Virus record (IMG/VR): IMGVR_UViG_3300045988_114118
Length of the DNA: 63,362 nt
Strand: one strand, 5' to 3'
Origin: a virus
Made by a program: the position numbers and the translations under genes
Notes under the pieces: model-generated
Seen by the model: only the letters and a program-made list of their open reading frames with translations
Database searches by the model: none
What the model was told of the DNA's origin: nothing
In this document: piece by piece, positions 31,086 through 41,635 of the stretch
Position numbering within the stretch: position 1 is the first letter of the stretch
Layout of the letters: every line of letters starts with the position of its first letter

Positions 31086-34000
31086 GCGAGAAAGATAACA
31101 ACGTGATGCCTTTGGCTACAGATCCTCATAATCTGGGCGAGTTCGATAACGTGTATGACGCTATGCGTAGGTATCCTAACGGAGGCGTGGACGGGGATTA
31201 TATTTATATCTTGGGTGTCCAGCATTTTTGGAACGTGAATCGTCAAAGCTGGGGGATACTAAAGGATAAGGAGGATAATTTAGTCCAGATGGTAGAGGAT
31301 TTTATCGGCCTTTTCGAGAGAAGGGGGTATGTCTTCGCTGGTTATGCGTTACCAGACACCACTCCTGTTTCTGGGCTTGACAATATCTTTTATATTGCGG
31401 CCAAGAATGGGGTTTATACTCATTTTGGAAGCGATCTGAAATTATTGAATGAGGTTGCTATCTTACGTAAACCCAGAAGATCATCTATATGGATTAAGGA
31501 CTCAATGGATATCCCGAACTCGGAGAGGATAGACGCTATAGATGATGCCATATCACGTATAAATGTCGATATAAAGACAATAAAATCAGCGATTATCGGC
31601 ATGGAGAATGATCTTGATGGGGTACATGATTCTATCGATGATATAAATAAGGATATAGATGCTTTCAAGAAGGAGACCTCCGAAAATTTCGAGGAGGTAA
31701 ATTCTGATTTAGATAAGGTGGAGAAGCGTCTTGATTACATACCTAAGGAGTCGTTTTTATCAGCCCATCCCGCCGGTTTCAAGCCGGACATCGACCTTAC
31801 CCCGGAGATCACGGTAGACCGTGCTTGGAGAGACCATGAGGGTAACGTTATCCGTGATACGTATATCACCCGGAGGGGATTGAGGAACGAGATAATCGAC
31901 ATCACCAACCAACAGGTAACGGACTTGAAGCCCGGTTCCGTCGATCCGGACGATCTTTCCGAGGCTACGAAGCAATTGATAGGTAACAAGAGCATTACCA
32001 ACCTTCCGGACGAGGAGGATATAACCGTTACGGATAACCTGACATTGAAATTGAAAGACAAGGAATACGCCCCGAAGGATTACTCCGGCATGGGACGTGT
32101 GTACCTTCGGAAGCATTACGTGAACGGCGTGAACACGCTCACGCAGCACATGATGAGAAAGCCGAACACCATCTATATCATCCAATATGACTACTGTTTA
32201 GCCGGGCAGACTATAGTTATTCCTGAAAATTGCGTGCTGGATTTCCAAGGGGGGAGTTTGAGGAATGGCATTATAAACTGCCATAATACTATTATAAGGA
32301 ATCAATTTAAAGGTTCGACTACATTAATCGGTAGTTATATTTTAGAGGATGCCTTGCCTGATGAAGAAGATATAACAATTGAAGATCATTCATTAAAATT
32401 CAAGGATAGACAATACAACACGAATAACTATATAGGTAAAGGTTATAAGATATTGAGAAAGAATATTGTAAATGGAAAAAATGTTCTTACTCAAGAAATG
32501 GTTAATGAGGAAAATACGATTTATGATATCAGGTATGATTTTGATTTGGATTTTGATTGGGATAATTATGAGTCCGCTCATAATTATGCGGTGAAAATAC
32601 CAAAAGGATGTATATTAAGATATTCCGGGGGATCGATATTTAACGGTCTGTTAAACTTTGCTGATGATACCTATATAGAAGGGCCTGAACGTGGGGATTG
32701 TATGAAATACGGTTCATATGGATATGTGGATAAGCCTAGGTATAGTGTTCAAAATGACCCTTCTGTAATAAATAGGTTATCTGAGATATTTATATCTTAT
32801 TACAAACAAAATGAGAATTTTCATTATGGGCATGAGAATACTTTATTGAGACCTGACTTTAAAATAGATGAGCCTTGGTATATGAATTGTTCCAGTTTTT
32901 CTACTGCGATGATCCTTGGTATACCTTTTGAGAATTCTAAATATAACGGAAAAGACAATATACAAAATGGATTTGGATGGTATGACAAAGATTTTATCCA
33001 ATGGGTTTCGGGAAGTGATAATATTCATTTTTATAAGTATTCTCATAATTTGGCTAGATATTTAAATGATAGAGGATACACATTGCCAGAAAGCCAAAAC
33101 AATATTGAAAATTTACAACCGGGTGATGTTTTGTTTTATAATTTAGAAAATAAAGATCCATTTAACAATCCTTTCTATTATAAAGGAATAGACCATTCCG
33201 CAACTTTCGCATTCAGGGTAAATGATAACAGATTCGCCGTATGGGAAGTATGGGGAGAATCACAGGTATTTGGACTTGGATATTATGATAATAGTTATTT
33301 TGATGAACATATAAAATTGGTGGCGAGATTGCCTAAAGCATATAGTGATAATAAACAACAGGCTAACTTGGCTGAAAACCCTTATAATGGTATAACTAAA
33401 ATTATAGAAGCAAATTCATCTTATCCGAACACCTTGATAAAAAACGTTACTCTTTCAAAACCCATTCAAGCGTATAAGTATTATACGGTAATAGCTAAAC
33501 TAAGGTTTTTAACAGACAGAAAGAATGCGTTTCCATATGTAAGATATTCAAAACGGGGGAATTTTTCGTATTATGGTATGATAGAAACCCCGAAAGACGA
33601 CATGTACTATATACCTTTTTGTTTTACTAATGAGGAAATACAAATTAGCAATCCTCCAAGTCCTATAGAGCAAATACTAGAAATAAGTAGTGTTAATCTT
33701 GAAATCTATTGGAAAGGTTCTCCTACAGAGGTAAAAGTGGAATTAGATGAATGCTTTTTAGTAGAGGGGATAGTTTCTATGTATAATTCAGATTTTAAAC
33801 GACCTTCAATTTATCCTACGGGATTACTTAGTGAAGAATGGAATGAGATATTTAAAAATATAGGTAGTGAATGGACAAAGGTTCCGGAAGGTTGGTTGAT
33901 TTGTGGAAGATTTGAGTTAAAAGATGAAAATGATATAATTGAAGATTTTATTACAATGAATACACTCAAACCTTTAAATGATTTAAAGTTTAATAATATT

Positions 34001-34165
34001 GTATTTGGAAATACGATGAATTCAGAAGGTGGAGTAGGGACTATATTTCTGGATTTTAGAACTACACCTTCGTCCCCTACTCTAAAAATAAGAAATAAAA
34101 ATGGGGGGGTGTTACATTATTTTAGTATTATAGTACCTACTAATGTTATTAAAGAATATAGTTAG
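31082..34165 (+). CDS. tail fibre/tailspike with an internal module duplication and a Cys-His peptidase-like region
   Basis: 1,027 aa; LPDEEDIT... module occurs twice (from 32003 and from 32354); NCSSFS...GDVLFY...DHSATF. Confidence 0.6.
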   Translation: MSEKDNNVMPLATDPHNLGEFDNVYDAMRRYPNGGVDGDYIYILGVQHFWNVNRQSWGILKDKEDNLVQMVEDFIGLFERRGYVFAGYALPDTTPVSGLDNIFYIAAKNGVYTHFGSDLKLLNEVAILRKPRRSSIWIKDSMDIPNSERIDAIDDAISRINVDIKTIKSAIIGMENDLDGVHDSIDDINKDIDAFKKETSENFEEVNSDLDKVEKRLDYIPKESFLSAHPAGFKPDIDLTPEITVDRAWRDHEGNVIRDTYITRRGLRNEIIDITNQQVTDLKPGSVDPDDLSEATKQLIGNKSITNLPDEEDITVTDNLTLKLKDKEYAPKDYSGMGRVYLRKHYVNGVNTLTQHMMRKPNTIYIIQYDYCLAGQTIVIPENCVLDFQGGSLRNGIINCHNTIIRNQFKGSTTLIGSYILEDALPDEEDITIEDHSLKFKDRQYNTNNYIGKGYKILRKNIVNGKNVLTQEMVNEENTIYDIRYDFDLDFDWDNYESAHNYAVKIPKGCILRYSGGSIFNGLLNFADDTYIEGPERGDCMKYGSYGYVDKPRYSVQNDPSVINRLSEIFISYYKQNENFHYGHENTLLRPDFKIDEPWYMNCSSFSTAMILGIPFENSKYNGKDNIQNGFGWYDKDFIQWVSGSDNIHFYKYSHNLARYLNDRGYTLPESQNNIENLQPGDVLFYNLENKDPFNNPFYYKGIDHSATFAFRVNDNRFAVWEVWGESQVFGLGYYDNSYFDEHIKLVARLPKAYSDNKQQANLAENPYNGITKIIEANSSYPNTLIKNVTLSKPIQAYKYYTVIAKLRFLTDRKNAFPYVRYSKRGNFSYYGMIETPKDDMYYIPFCFTNEEIQISNPPSPIEQILEISSVNLEIYWKGSPTEVKVELDECFLVEGIVSMYNSDFKRPSIYPTGLLSEEWNEIFKNIGSEWTKVPEGWLICGRFELKDENDIIEDFITMNTLKPLNDLKFNNIVFGNTMNSEGGVGTIFLDFRTTPSSPTLKIRNKNGGVLHYFSIIVPTNVIKEYS

Positions 34166-34218
34166 TATAAAATTCATTATAATTCGCTTTAATATTATAA
34201 TAATCAACGGAAATAAAC

Positions 34219-34524
34219 ATGAGACAATTCATATACACGATCATCAGAAAGATATTCAAGCTTGTATTCTCTGTTTACAAGACTAAGGTAAGGACTTTGT
34301 ACAAAGGCCGTAAGAACATTGATCTTACGGAGAACGGCGATCAGCGCATAAGGGTAGGTAAGCCTTTCTATCTGGCCGGGAACATCTACAAATTAGATCA
34401 GTTGGATAATACGAGCGTATTCAAGCTGGCCCTTTACAAGAAGGAAGGCGAGGATTGGGTAAAGGCTAACGACCTTGATTTGATCTTGAGACTTAACGCC
34501 GGCTACAACATATTTTACGTATAA
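34219..34524 (+). CDS. hypothetical protein
   Basis: track ORF of 101 aa. Confidence 0.5.
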   Translation: MRQFIYTIIRKIFKLVFSVYKTKVRTLYKGRKNIDLTENGDQRIRVGKPFYLAGNIYKLDQLDNTSVFKLALYKKEGEDWVKANDLDLILRLNAGYNIFYV

Positions 34525-34545
34525 CGAACTAAAGCACGATACATC

Positions 34546-35502
34546 ATGGAAGAGCGAAAAGATATTTGCGAGGGTTACGAGAGGGATAGCGTACAGCAGC
34601 TAGACAAGCTGGCCAAGGATAAGAACGAGCGTTTTCCGATCTATCCGTTGACATACATTCAAGCCGTATATGACGCTAGGACGAAAGAGAGGCTTGATTC
34701 CATATTGTGGAAATGCAACAACGTGTATTTGCCTTGGATGGGATCGGCGGGGGATACTCGCGTACAGTTACCTTTCTGGATGAGAAGGAAGGGTATCATA
34801 ATCACTTACAAGAACCTTGACGAGGAGACGATAACCGAGAAGCTCACCTATGATCTTTGTATCGCCGATGATTTCTTCCGTCTTGACTCCTCTTGGACTA
34901 GGATAACGGACGCCCTCCCGGTCGGGGGTAACATAACCATAGGCTCTAACGGCAATTGGTTTCAAGATGGAGTTGATACCGGCTTCAAGGCACAGGGACC
35001 TAAAGGGGACAACGGACAAGTTCCACACCTTCGCTTGGCTGGGGGATACGTAAAATATAGCTACGATGAAGAGGTATGGTATGATCTTTTCCCGCTCATT
35101 GACATAACGCCAAGCGTAAAGGTGGGGGAGGTAAAGACGTTACCCGCAGGTAGCAAGGCTTCGGTAACGAACGTTAGCGGGGATAAGGACGCTATTTTCG
35201 ACTTTGGAATCCCTATGGGAAATACTGGGGCCAAGGGAGAGAAGGGGGATGGGTATGATTTGTTGGGATTCAGGGATACGGCGGATACTTTGCCTTCCAC
35301 CGCTAATATCGGTGACGCTTACGCTGTAGGAACTTCCTCCCCATATCATCTTTACGTATGGAAGGACAATGTTAGTAAGTTCGTTGATATAGGCTCACTT
35401 AACGAGATAAAGGCCTCTATCTTTGACGGGGGTAGGGCTGATAGTAATTATGGTGGGACAAGAACCATCGATTGCGGTGGGGCTGACGCTTATTTGGTGT
35501 AA
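34546..35502 (+). CDS. tail fibre protein with short collagen-like G-X-Y runs
   Basis: GPKGDNGQ and GAKGEKGDG tracts; in the tail-fibre cluster. Confidence 0.55.
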   Translation: MEERKDICEGYERDSVQQLDKLAKDKNERFPIYPLTYIQAVYDARTKERLDSILWKCNNVYLPWMGSAGDTRVQLPFWMRRKGIIITYKNLDEETITEKLTYDLCIADDFFRLDSSWTRITDALPVGGNITIGSNGNWFQDGVDTGFKAQGPKGDNGQVPHLRLAGGYVKYSYDEEVWYDLFPLIDITPSVKVGEVKTLPAGSKASVTNVSGDKDAIFDFGIPMGNTGAKGEKGDGYDLLGFRDTADTLPSTANIGDAYAVGTSSPYHLYVWKDNVSKFVDIGSLNEIKASIFDGGRADSNYGGTRTIDCGGADAYLV

Positions 35503-35520
35503 CTCATAAATTATTTACCT

Positions 35521-37497
35521 ATGGAAAGAATTCAGTTAAGAAGAGATACGTCGACAAGATGGAGAGAGGTGAACCCTATTCTCATGGAAGGTGAGGTCGG
35601 ATTTGAGACGGATACCAGATTGAGAAAGATCGGTGATGGCGTGAACCGTTGGAATGACCTTGAGTATTTGAAGGCAGAAGGTATCGTACAAGAAATTGGG
35701 GATAGCGAGGATGTATCCATTAGCCAGAAAACGCTTTCTAATGAAACATTTTTGAATCGTGTGAACTTAAAAAGCTCAAATGATTTAGACTTGTGTACTC
35801 AAATTGGAATTTATACATGGGCAAATGATGAGGTTCCTCTAAATTCCCCGGTACAAAGCTTAGGTTTAATGAGCGTATTTCCCTATCTCCTAGATAAAGA
35901 TGTCTTAAAACAACGAATTGTCCAGCAAGTCTTCGATTACTATGGGAGAATGTATGTCAGGTATAAAGGTAGTGGAGAATGGGGTGATTGGAACAGTCCT
36001 GCTGAAAAATCCATGTTGGATAACACCGTAGACAATACTTTCACTTACAGAAGAATTTTAAATTCGGATAACAATTTAGATGAGATCTCTCATATCGGGA
36101 TATACTCGTGGATATCGAGCTCGGTTCCTCAAAACGCACCAGCTAGTTACGGAGGCCTACTTCTATTATTCCCTTATTTCCGGACGGAGTATACCGAGTT
36201 AAGCCGTACCGTGCAAATAGTCATAGCCTCAAGCGGGAAGATGTTCTCCCGATATCGTACCACATCGGGTTGGGGTTCTTGGGTCTCTGGAGGATCGGGA
36301 GGATCTGGAGAGACTTATGAGGATCGATTGATGAGGGCGTTTTTAGATAAAACTTTCACGACGTGGCAACCCGAAGGTAATATACCTCGTAATTCACAAG
36401 ATTTGTCATATTACAGTGGGGCTATAAGTGGCCTTCCTTATAGCTCCGTGTTTAATTTTGGTAACGACATTTACTATAACCGTGGTCTCTCCTCCTTTTT
36501 TTCGGCGGTAAAGAATAAGGGAAGTGTTTTATATAGTAAAGGTTACGGACAGGACACTAGAAGAGGCTCTTATTATGGTACCGTTTGCTCTACTTTTGGA
36601 TCTTATATATCTGGTCAAAAGATATATTATACCACGACGGAGATTCCGGAGGTTGCCGAGGAGATCACCTATGTTGATATTGAGCAAATAAACATAGGTG
36701 ATATTTTGTGGACTTCCGGGCATTGTAAGGTTGTTTCCTCTGTCAATGTGGATGAGGATGGCATCTATAATATCGTCGTTACGGAGCAAGGAGGATATAA
36801 TATGATGGAAACGGTTTACGATAAAGATGGGTTTGAGAAAATCCTTAAAGGGATAGATCCTCATGATAAGAGGGTCTTTAAATTATATCGCTTCCAAAAT
36901 CAAAGGATACCGGTTTTGCCTAAAATAGAATATAGCGAGAATGTCATTTCTGAATATGGGGATAGGACCTATTTTGAGCAAGGGCAAGATGTCTTTATAG
37001 CGGTCAAAGACGGGGATCATATTAATATTTCTGATGGAAGCAATACGAATAGATACCTTTTATCGGGAATGTCCTCTAAAATCGTGAACGGGATCGAGCT
37101 ATATAATGTGCGACCATATCTATCAGGGACGGCAGAGTATGATTTGTATACCGATAATGATGATCTTCACGCTAAACTATCTGTGATAGACATGGGTGAT
37201 GTTATCTTGGATGATATTACCGTGAGGTTGACAGGATACAGCGACAATGTAAAACCTAGCTGGTATAACGTAATATACCTAATAGAAGCGGAGGAAGGAG
37301 AGTATCCGTATTTTCCGGCCCCAGAAGGATACATGGGGCATAATGCCGTGATGTGCAAGGATTTCATAAAAGACAATACTTTTAACGTAATCATGAGGGA
37401 TGTGAAGGATTATGCCTCTGGATATTACGTCAGATGTTATTATGAAACAAGATTTGGATTAGCTTATAAGGATAGTAATATCATTATGATAAAATAA
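35521..37497 (+). CDS. tail fibre protein with an NlpC/P60-like Cys-His domain
   Basis: N-term QLRRDT..W...NPIL.EGE.G.ETDT...KIGDG..RWNDLEY; YGTVCSTFGSY ... IGDILWTSGHCKVV. Confidence 0.6.
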   Translation: MERIQLRRDTSTRWREVNPILMEGEVGFETDTRLRKIGDGVNRWNDLEYLKAEGIVQEIGDSEDVSISQKTLSNETFLNRVNLKSSNDLDLCTQIGIYTWANDEVPLNSPVQSLGLMSVFPYLLDKDVLKQRIVQQVFDYYGRMYVRYKGSGEWGDWNSPAEKSMLDNTVDNTFTYRRILNSDNNLDEISHIGIYSWISSSVPQNAPASYGGLLLLFPYFRTEYTELSRTVQIVIASSGKMFSRYRTTSGWGSWVSGGSGGSGETYEDRLMRAFLDKTFTTWQPEGNIPRNSQDLSYYSGAISGLPYSSVFNFGNDIYYNRGLSSFFSAVKNKGSVLYSKGYGQDTRRGSYYGTVCSTFGSYISGQKIYYTTTEIPEVAEEITYVDIEQINIGDILWTSGHCKVVSSVNVDEDGIYNIVVTEQGGYNMMETVYDKDGFEKILKGIDPHDKRVFKLYRFQNQRIPVLPKIEYSENVISEYGDRTYFEQGQDVFIAVKDGDHINISDGSNTNRYLLSGMSSKIVNGIELYNVRPYLSGTAEYDLYTDNDDLHAKLSVIDMGDVILDDITVRLTGYSDNVKPSWYNVIYLIEAEEGEYPYFPAPEGYMGHNAVMCKDFIKDNTFNVIMRDVKDYASGYYVRCYYETRFGLAYKDSNIIMIK

Positions 37498-37506
37498 TTT
37501 ATAGAT

Positions 37507-38079
37507 ATGGACAGAGTATTACAAAGAAGAGATACGGCATCGAACTGGGCTAAGTTTAACCCTGTTCTTTCGGAAGGGGAGATAGGAATCGTCATCGACG
37601 AAGGTAAAGGCTATAAGATAGGTGACGGTGTCACACATTGGAACGATCTGGAATACCCCTCTAATCCAACCAGTGTTGTGGGCACGATCGGAGATAGCGA
37701 GGTTGCCGTGATTAACCAGAAAGGCGTATCCTCTTTGGTCGGCCTAGACACATACCCTGTCTTCTCCGATACCAAGCCCTACGTAAAAGGCGAGATCGTT
37801 AATTACGGAGGTCTCTTGTACGAGTTCACGGCTGATCATGAGGCGGGAGAATGGAATGAAGACGATAATGAGTCTATTTCTTTTAAAGAAATAATTAATG
37901 AGTCAATTAACATTATATTAAATCAAATCAACTTAATTAAAGGTAAAGGAACCTCATTAGAAAGACCTATTCTATCGGAACTAGATGATGGAGGTTTGTT
38001 TTACGATACCTCCGTGAAAAAGTATATCTGTTGGGATGGGACTAAATGGGTAAATATGGATGGATCAGAATTAAATTAA
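37507..38079 (+). CDS. tail fibre protein (shares its N-terminal domain with the 35521 gene)
   Basis: MDRVLQRRDTASNWAKFNPVLSEGEIGIVID..YKIGDGVTHWNDLEY. Confidence 0.6.
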   Translation: MDRVLQRRDTASNWAKFNPVLSEGEIGIVIDEGKGYKIGDGVTHWNDLEYPSNPTSVVGTIGDSEVAVINQKGVSSLVGLDTYPVFSDTKPYVKGEIVNYGGLLYEFTADHEAGEWNEDDNESISFKEIINESINIILNQINLIKGKGTSLERPILSELDDGGLFYDTSVKKYICWDGTKWVNMDGSELN

Positions 38080-38084
38080 AATAT

Positions 38085-38576
38085 ATGTACCGCTACCTCT
38101 CCTACATATCCGACCTAGCAAATTGGGCCAAGTCCATCGCCATAGCCGCCGTTGTCACGGCGATGGACTTCGTGTCACCGATAGAGAACTTCTTGGTGGT
38201 GATCCTGTCGCTGGCCTTCATCGATACGTTCTGGGGGCTGGCCGCGGATCACGGGGATTTTAGGAAAAGCAAGTTCATCCGTAGCTGGGTTTATATGCTT
38301 GTTTATTTCCTGATTATAATAATCTCGTTCTGGATAGGCGTGATGATGGATATATCGGAGGATAACGCCAAGGCTTTCGTGTCTTGGATCACGTGGGCGA
38401 TGATATGGTTTTACGGAACCAATGTCTTGAAGAATATGGGTAAGGTATTCCCGGATAACAAGGTGATAGCCTTCTTGTATTGGGTTGCCGCCGTAAAATT
38501 CATTAGTAAGGTCAACTTCTTGGATGAGTTCAATAAGACTAAGGATAAAAAAGGCTCCCCAGATCCAAAAGGATAG
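38085..38576 (+). CDS. holin-like membrane protein
   Basis: 3-4 TM helices, immediately upstream of the amidase; ATG at 38085 preferred. Confidence 0.5.
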   Translation: MYRYLSYISDLANWAKSIAIAAVVTAMDFVSPIENFLVVILSLAFIDTFWGLAADHGDFRKSKFIRSWVYMLVYFLIIIISFWIGVMMDISEDNAKAFVSWITWAMIWFYGTNVLKNMGKVFPDNKVIAFLYWVAAVKFISKVNFLDEFNKTKDKKGSPDPKG

Positions 38577-38674
38577 GGGAGCTGGATGTAAAAAACGCCT
38601 CTATCACGCCTGTCACAGGTTATGATAGAGGAACAAAGTTAACAAAGCGCATAAAAGTATAAAAAATAATTGAT

Positions 38675-39136
38675 ATGAGAACGATTAACAGGAAAATCAA
38701 CTTGATCGTGATCCATTGTTCGGCCACTAGGGTAGATAAGGATTATACCCCTGAGCAATTAGAGAGAGACCACAAGGCGAGAGGATTCAACTCCGCAGGT
38801 TATAACTATTATATCCGGAAGAGCGGGGAGATAGTATCTATGCGTCCATTGGAATTGATTCCGGCTCATGTGACCGGATATAACAAGAATAGTATAGGAA
38901 TATGCTATGAGGGTGGTCTTGATCCGGACGGGAATCCGGATGATACACGTACGGAGGCACAGAGACAGTCGATTATAAGGCTGTTGTTGGATTTGGTCGT
39001 ACAGTTCCCGGATAGTAGGATCTGCGGTCATCGTGACCTATCCCCGGATCTTAACGGTAACGGTAAGATTGAACCGGACGAGTGGATGAAGATGTGTCCG
39101 TGTTTTAATGCCGAGGAGGAGTATCGCAATATATGA
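38675..39136 (+). CDS. N-acetylmuramoyl-L-alanine amidase (endolysin)
   Basis: LIVIHCSAT...AGYNYYI...AHVTGYN..SIGICYEGG...CGHRDL is an Amidase_2/PGRP-type pattern. Confidence 0.9.
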   Translation: MRTINRKINLIVIHCSATRVDKDYTPEQLERDHKARGFNSAGYNYYIRKSGEIVSMRPLELIPAHVTGYNKNSIGICYEGGLDPDGNPDDTRTEAQRQSIIRLLLDLVVQFPDSRICGHRDLSPDLNGNGKIEPDEWMKMCPCFNAEEEYRNI

Positions 39137-39600
39137 AACCTTGGCAAGTAATATTAATACTAGTGTGCTTGGTAGCCAGTTTCACGGCTGGCTACCATAT
39201 CCGGGGGGATGTGACTGATAAAGTCGTGTCTAAATCCGATACCGTATTAATAACCGACACGATCCATGACAGTATCCCGTATCCTGTTTATGAGACACTG
39301 GTACAAACAATACCTGAGCCGTTCCCTGTTTATATCACGTTGGACGGTGACACGGTAAAGGAACCTGTATATGTTCCGGTACCCATAACCAGCAAGGAGT
39401 ACAAGACGGATGATTACCGGCTTTCAATTTCGGGTTACAAGCCTAATCTTGATTACATCGAGGTTTATAGAAGGACTGAGTATATAACCAAGACGATCAC
39501 CCCCCGTAGATGGGGAATAGGTGTTATTGCCGGTTATGGGATCGGGAAACATGGACTATCACCTTACGTTGGATTGGGTGGATTCTGCAGGATTTGGTGA
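39133..39600 (+). CDS. N-terminally anchored protein, possible spanin/lysis accessory
   Basis: MKPWQVILILVCLVASFTAG TM anchor; 4-nt overlap with the amidase. Confidence 0.4.
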   Translation: MKPWQVILILVCLVASFTAGYHIRGDVTDKVVSKSDTVLITDTIHDSIPYPVYETLVQTIPEPFPVYITLDGDTVKEPVYVPVPITSKEYKTDDYRLSISGYKPNLDYIEVYRRTEYITKTITPRRWGIGVIAGYGIGKHGLSPYVGLGGFCRIW

Positions 39601-39809
39601 GGCCTCCATGACTCACGTCCGGGAAGCCCCTATTAACTAGTAATAATAATTCGTCATATGAATAACAAGGGTTGACGTTTTTTTGTTCATGGTTAATTTA
39701 ATATTAGTTTGATGGTGACTTCGTGAGAACGAACCGGAAAGGGAAGATGAAGAAAAAAGAATCTTCCCTAAATAATCGGATCGGAAGTTTGATTATTTTT
39801 TCATGCCAC

Positions 39810-39857
39810 GCACGACGGGAAGATTCTTATAAGTCTTTCTGCCGTGCATTTTTTTTT
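39810..39857 (+). terminator. rho-independent terminator ending the late operon
   Basis: long imperfect stem gcacgacgggaaga/tctttctgccgtgc followed by T9. Confidence 0.7.
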
Positions 39858-39898
39858 GCCCGGCTTGATAGTAAAACAAACCACGAAATAAAAAGTTT

Positions 39899-40195
39899 AT
39901 GAATAAGGTGGAAATTTTTTACAAAAAAGTGATAGAGGCAGTCTGCAAGGAGTGCGGGACCGATCCGGTAATGATGTTTAGCAACAACAAGGAGAGGAAC
40001 GTTGACGCTAGGGGAGTGGCTATAACCATACTGGCCGATCGCAAGTTGAGCGACAATATCATATCCGATCTGACTGGAATGACGAGGCAAGCCGTGAACC
40101 GGATGCGTAACTTGTACCCGGACAGGATAAGGAGGAGTTACTACCTGAGGAGGACGGTGGAGAGCGTCAAAGAGGAGCTATCCGGTACGGTCTGA
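39899..40195 (+). CDS. small HTH protein (DnaA C-terminal-like)
   Basis: ERNVDARGVAITILADRKLSDNIISDLTGMTRQAVNRM resembles the DnaA domain IV HTH. Confidence 0.45.
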   Translation: MNKVEIFYKKVIEAVCKECGTDPVMMFSNNKERNVDARGVAITILADRKLSDNIISDLTGMTRQAVNRMRNLYPDRIRRSYYLRRTVESVKEELSGTV

Positions 40196-40348
40196 GGGTG
40201 CGTTATGTTGTAAGGCATGTGATTTGTCTATGAAAAAATTTTCATATAACAAAATTTTGTGCGACCTTTGCGGCGTAAAAGGTGATTTTGTAGCCTCGTC
40301 AAGTAACCAGCCTTGGCAGAGGCTTTGTTGTATACGAAAAGTTTCATT

Positions 40349-41248
40349 ATGGAAATATATATGCCACATGCGGTAAATGATATTAGGATAGGAGAAGCCT
40401 TCAATCATCTATTCAGGATAATCCTGAAAATGGAGAATTCCGATGATGATGATTTCATATGGAACTTCCAATATACGGCATTTGTGACTCCATTTTTCTT
40501 ATTGCCTCTTATGCTTTATAGAGATAAGTGCGGTAAGAATGTGGTTTGCAAGAATATATCGGACAGTGTTAAAAGCTATCTGGACTCTATTCATTTTGAA
40601 GGAGGTGTAGTAGCTGACAGTGTTAGTGATTTTCATAATTATATGGAATATTTTTCTATGAAAAAATATATTCCTATAATAAAGTTCCCGGGATGTAAAA
40701 GCAAGGATAGCATAAAAAACGATATACTGTCTGTAGCAGAGAATATAATGATAAGGCAATTAAATATTGAAGGAGAGTTGAGAAAGGCTTTATCTTATAT
40801 GCTGACTGAGACGATTGACAATATATCTGAACATTCAGAGAGTGAATTTGGTTATATATTTGCTCAGTATTATCCGTCAAAGAGTTATATAGACATTTGC
40901 ATAGCGGATAATGGTATAAGTATACTGGGTAGTTATGTTAAGTCTGGCAAGGGAGGTATAACTAACGATGTGGAGGCTTTAAAAAGCGCTGGAAAGGGTA
41001 TATCGACTAAAAATTTACCAGATACCGAGAATCGTGGTTATGGTATAAGTACTTGCAAGAGAATGTTGTCTAAGGGACTTGGAGGAACATATTTTTTGCT
41101 GTCAGGGCAAGCATTTCATCTTATGTCAGAGGAAGAGACATCATATATAGGACTTCCTGATTATATAAAATGGGATGGAACTATAGTGGCATTAAGGATA
41201 CCATATAAAGAGGAAAGGATGTTTAATTTTTATGAATATTTAGAATGA
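40349..41248 (+). CDS. GHKL/histidine-kinase-like ATPase protein
   Basis: ETIDNISEH (N box), IADNGISI (G1-like), ENRGYGIS and GLGGTY (G2-like); AT-rich. Confidence 0.6.
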   Translation: MEIYMPHAVNDIRIGEAFNHLFRIILKMENSDDDDFIWNFQYTAFVTPFFLLPLMLYRDKCGKNVVCKNISDSVKSYLDSIHFEGGVVADSVSDFHNYMEYFSMKKYIPIIKFPGCKSKDSIKNDILSVAENIMIRQLNIEGELRKALSYMLTETIDNISEHSESEFGYIFAQYYPSKSYIDICIADNGISILGSYVKSGKGGITNDVEALKSAGKGISTKNLPDTENRGYGISTCKRMLSKGLGGTYFLLSGQAFHLMSEEETSYIGLPDYIKWDGTIVALRIPYKEERMFNFYEYLE

Positions 41249-41604
41249 AGATCATGGAAAAGACAATTGTGATATCAGAATTGATAAGGGGAGAGCTTCG
41301 TTCTAGGACAGAAGCTAAAAAAATCTATATGAGGGCTAAGGATTTGAATAGCCCATGTGTACGTATAGATTTTAAGGATGTATACTTTATGTCTCGATCA
41401 TTTGCGGATGAGTTATGCAATACAATAGAGGCTTTGGCCTTGGATAAAGTGAGGGTCTCTATGGAGAATGAGAACGACTCTATAGATCTGATGATGAAAA
41501 TAGTAAAAGGTAATAGAAATAAACCGAGGAATATGCATGAGGACAGTGAGGTTAAAGAATTTTCGGACATGGATTCATTGTCAGAGTTCCTGTCTACCAT
41601 ATAA
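41245..41604 (+). CDS. STAS-like (DUF4325-type) protein
   Basis: SRTEAKKIY....VRIDFKDVYFMSRSFADELCN pattern recalled from DUF4325; 4-nt overlap with the ATPase gene. Confidence 0.5.
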   Translation: MKIMEKTIVISELIRGELRSRTEAKKIYMRAKDLNSPCVRIDFKDVYFMSRSFADELCNTIEALALDKVRVSMENENDSIDLMMKIVKGNRNKPRNMHEDSEVKEFSDMDSLSEFLSTI

Positions 41605-41635
41605 AATTATTTCATGCTATATAAAAGAGAATGAT

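Noticed and set aside
35521-38079. Diversity-generating retroelement (the fibre N-termini resemble Mtd/hyaluronidase-type fibre starts)
   Set aside because: No reverse transcriptase ORF and no template/variable repeat pair were seen anywhere in the window.
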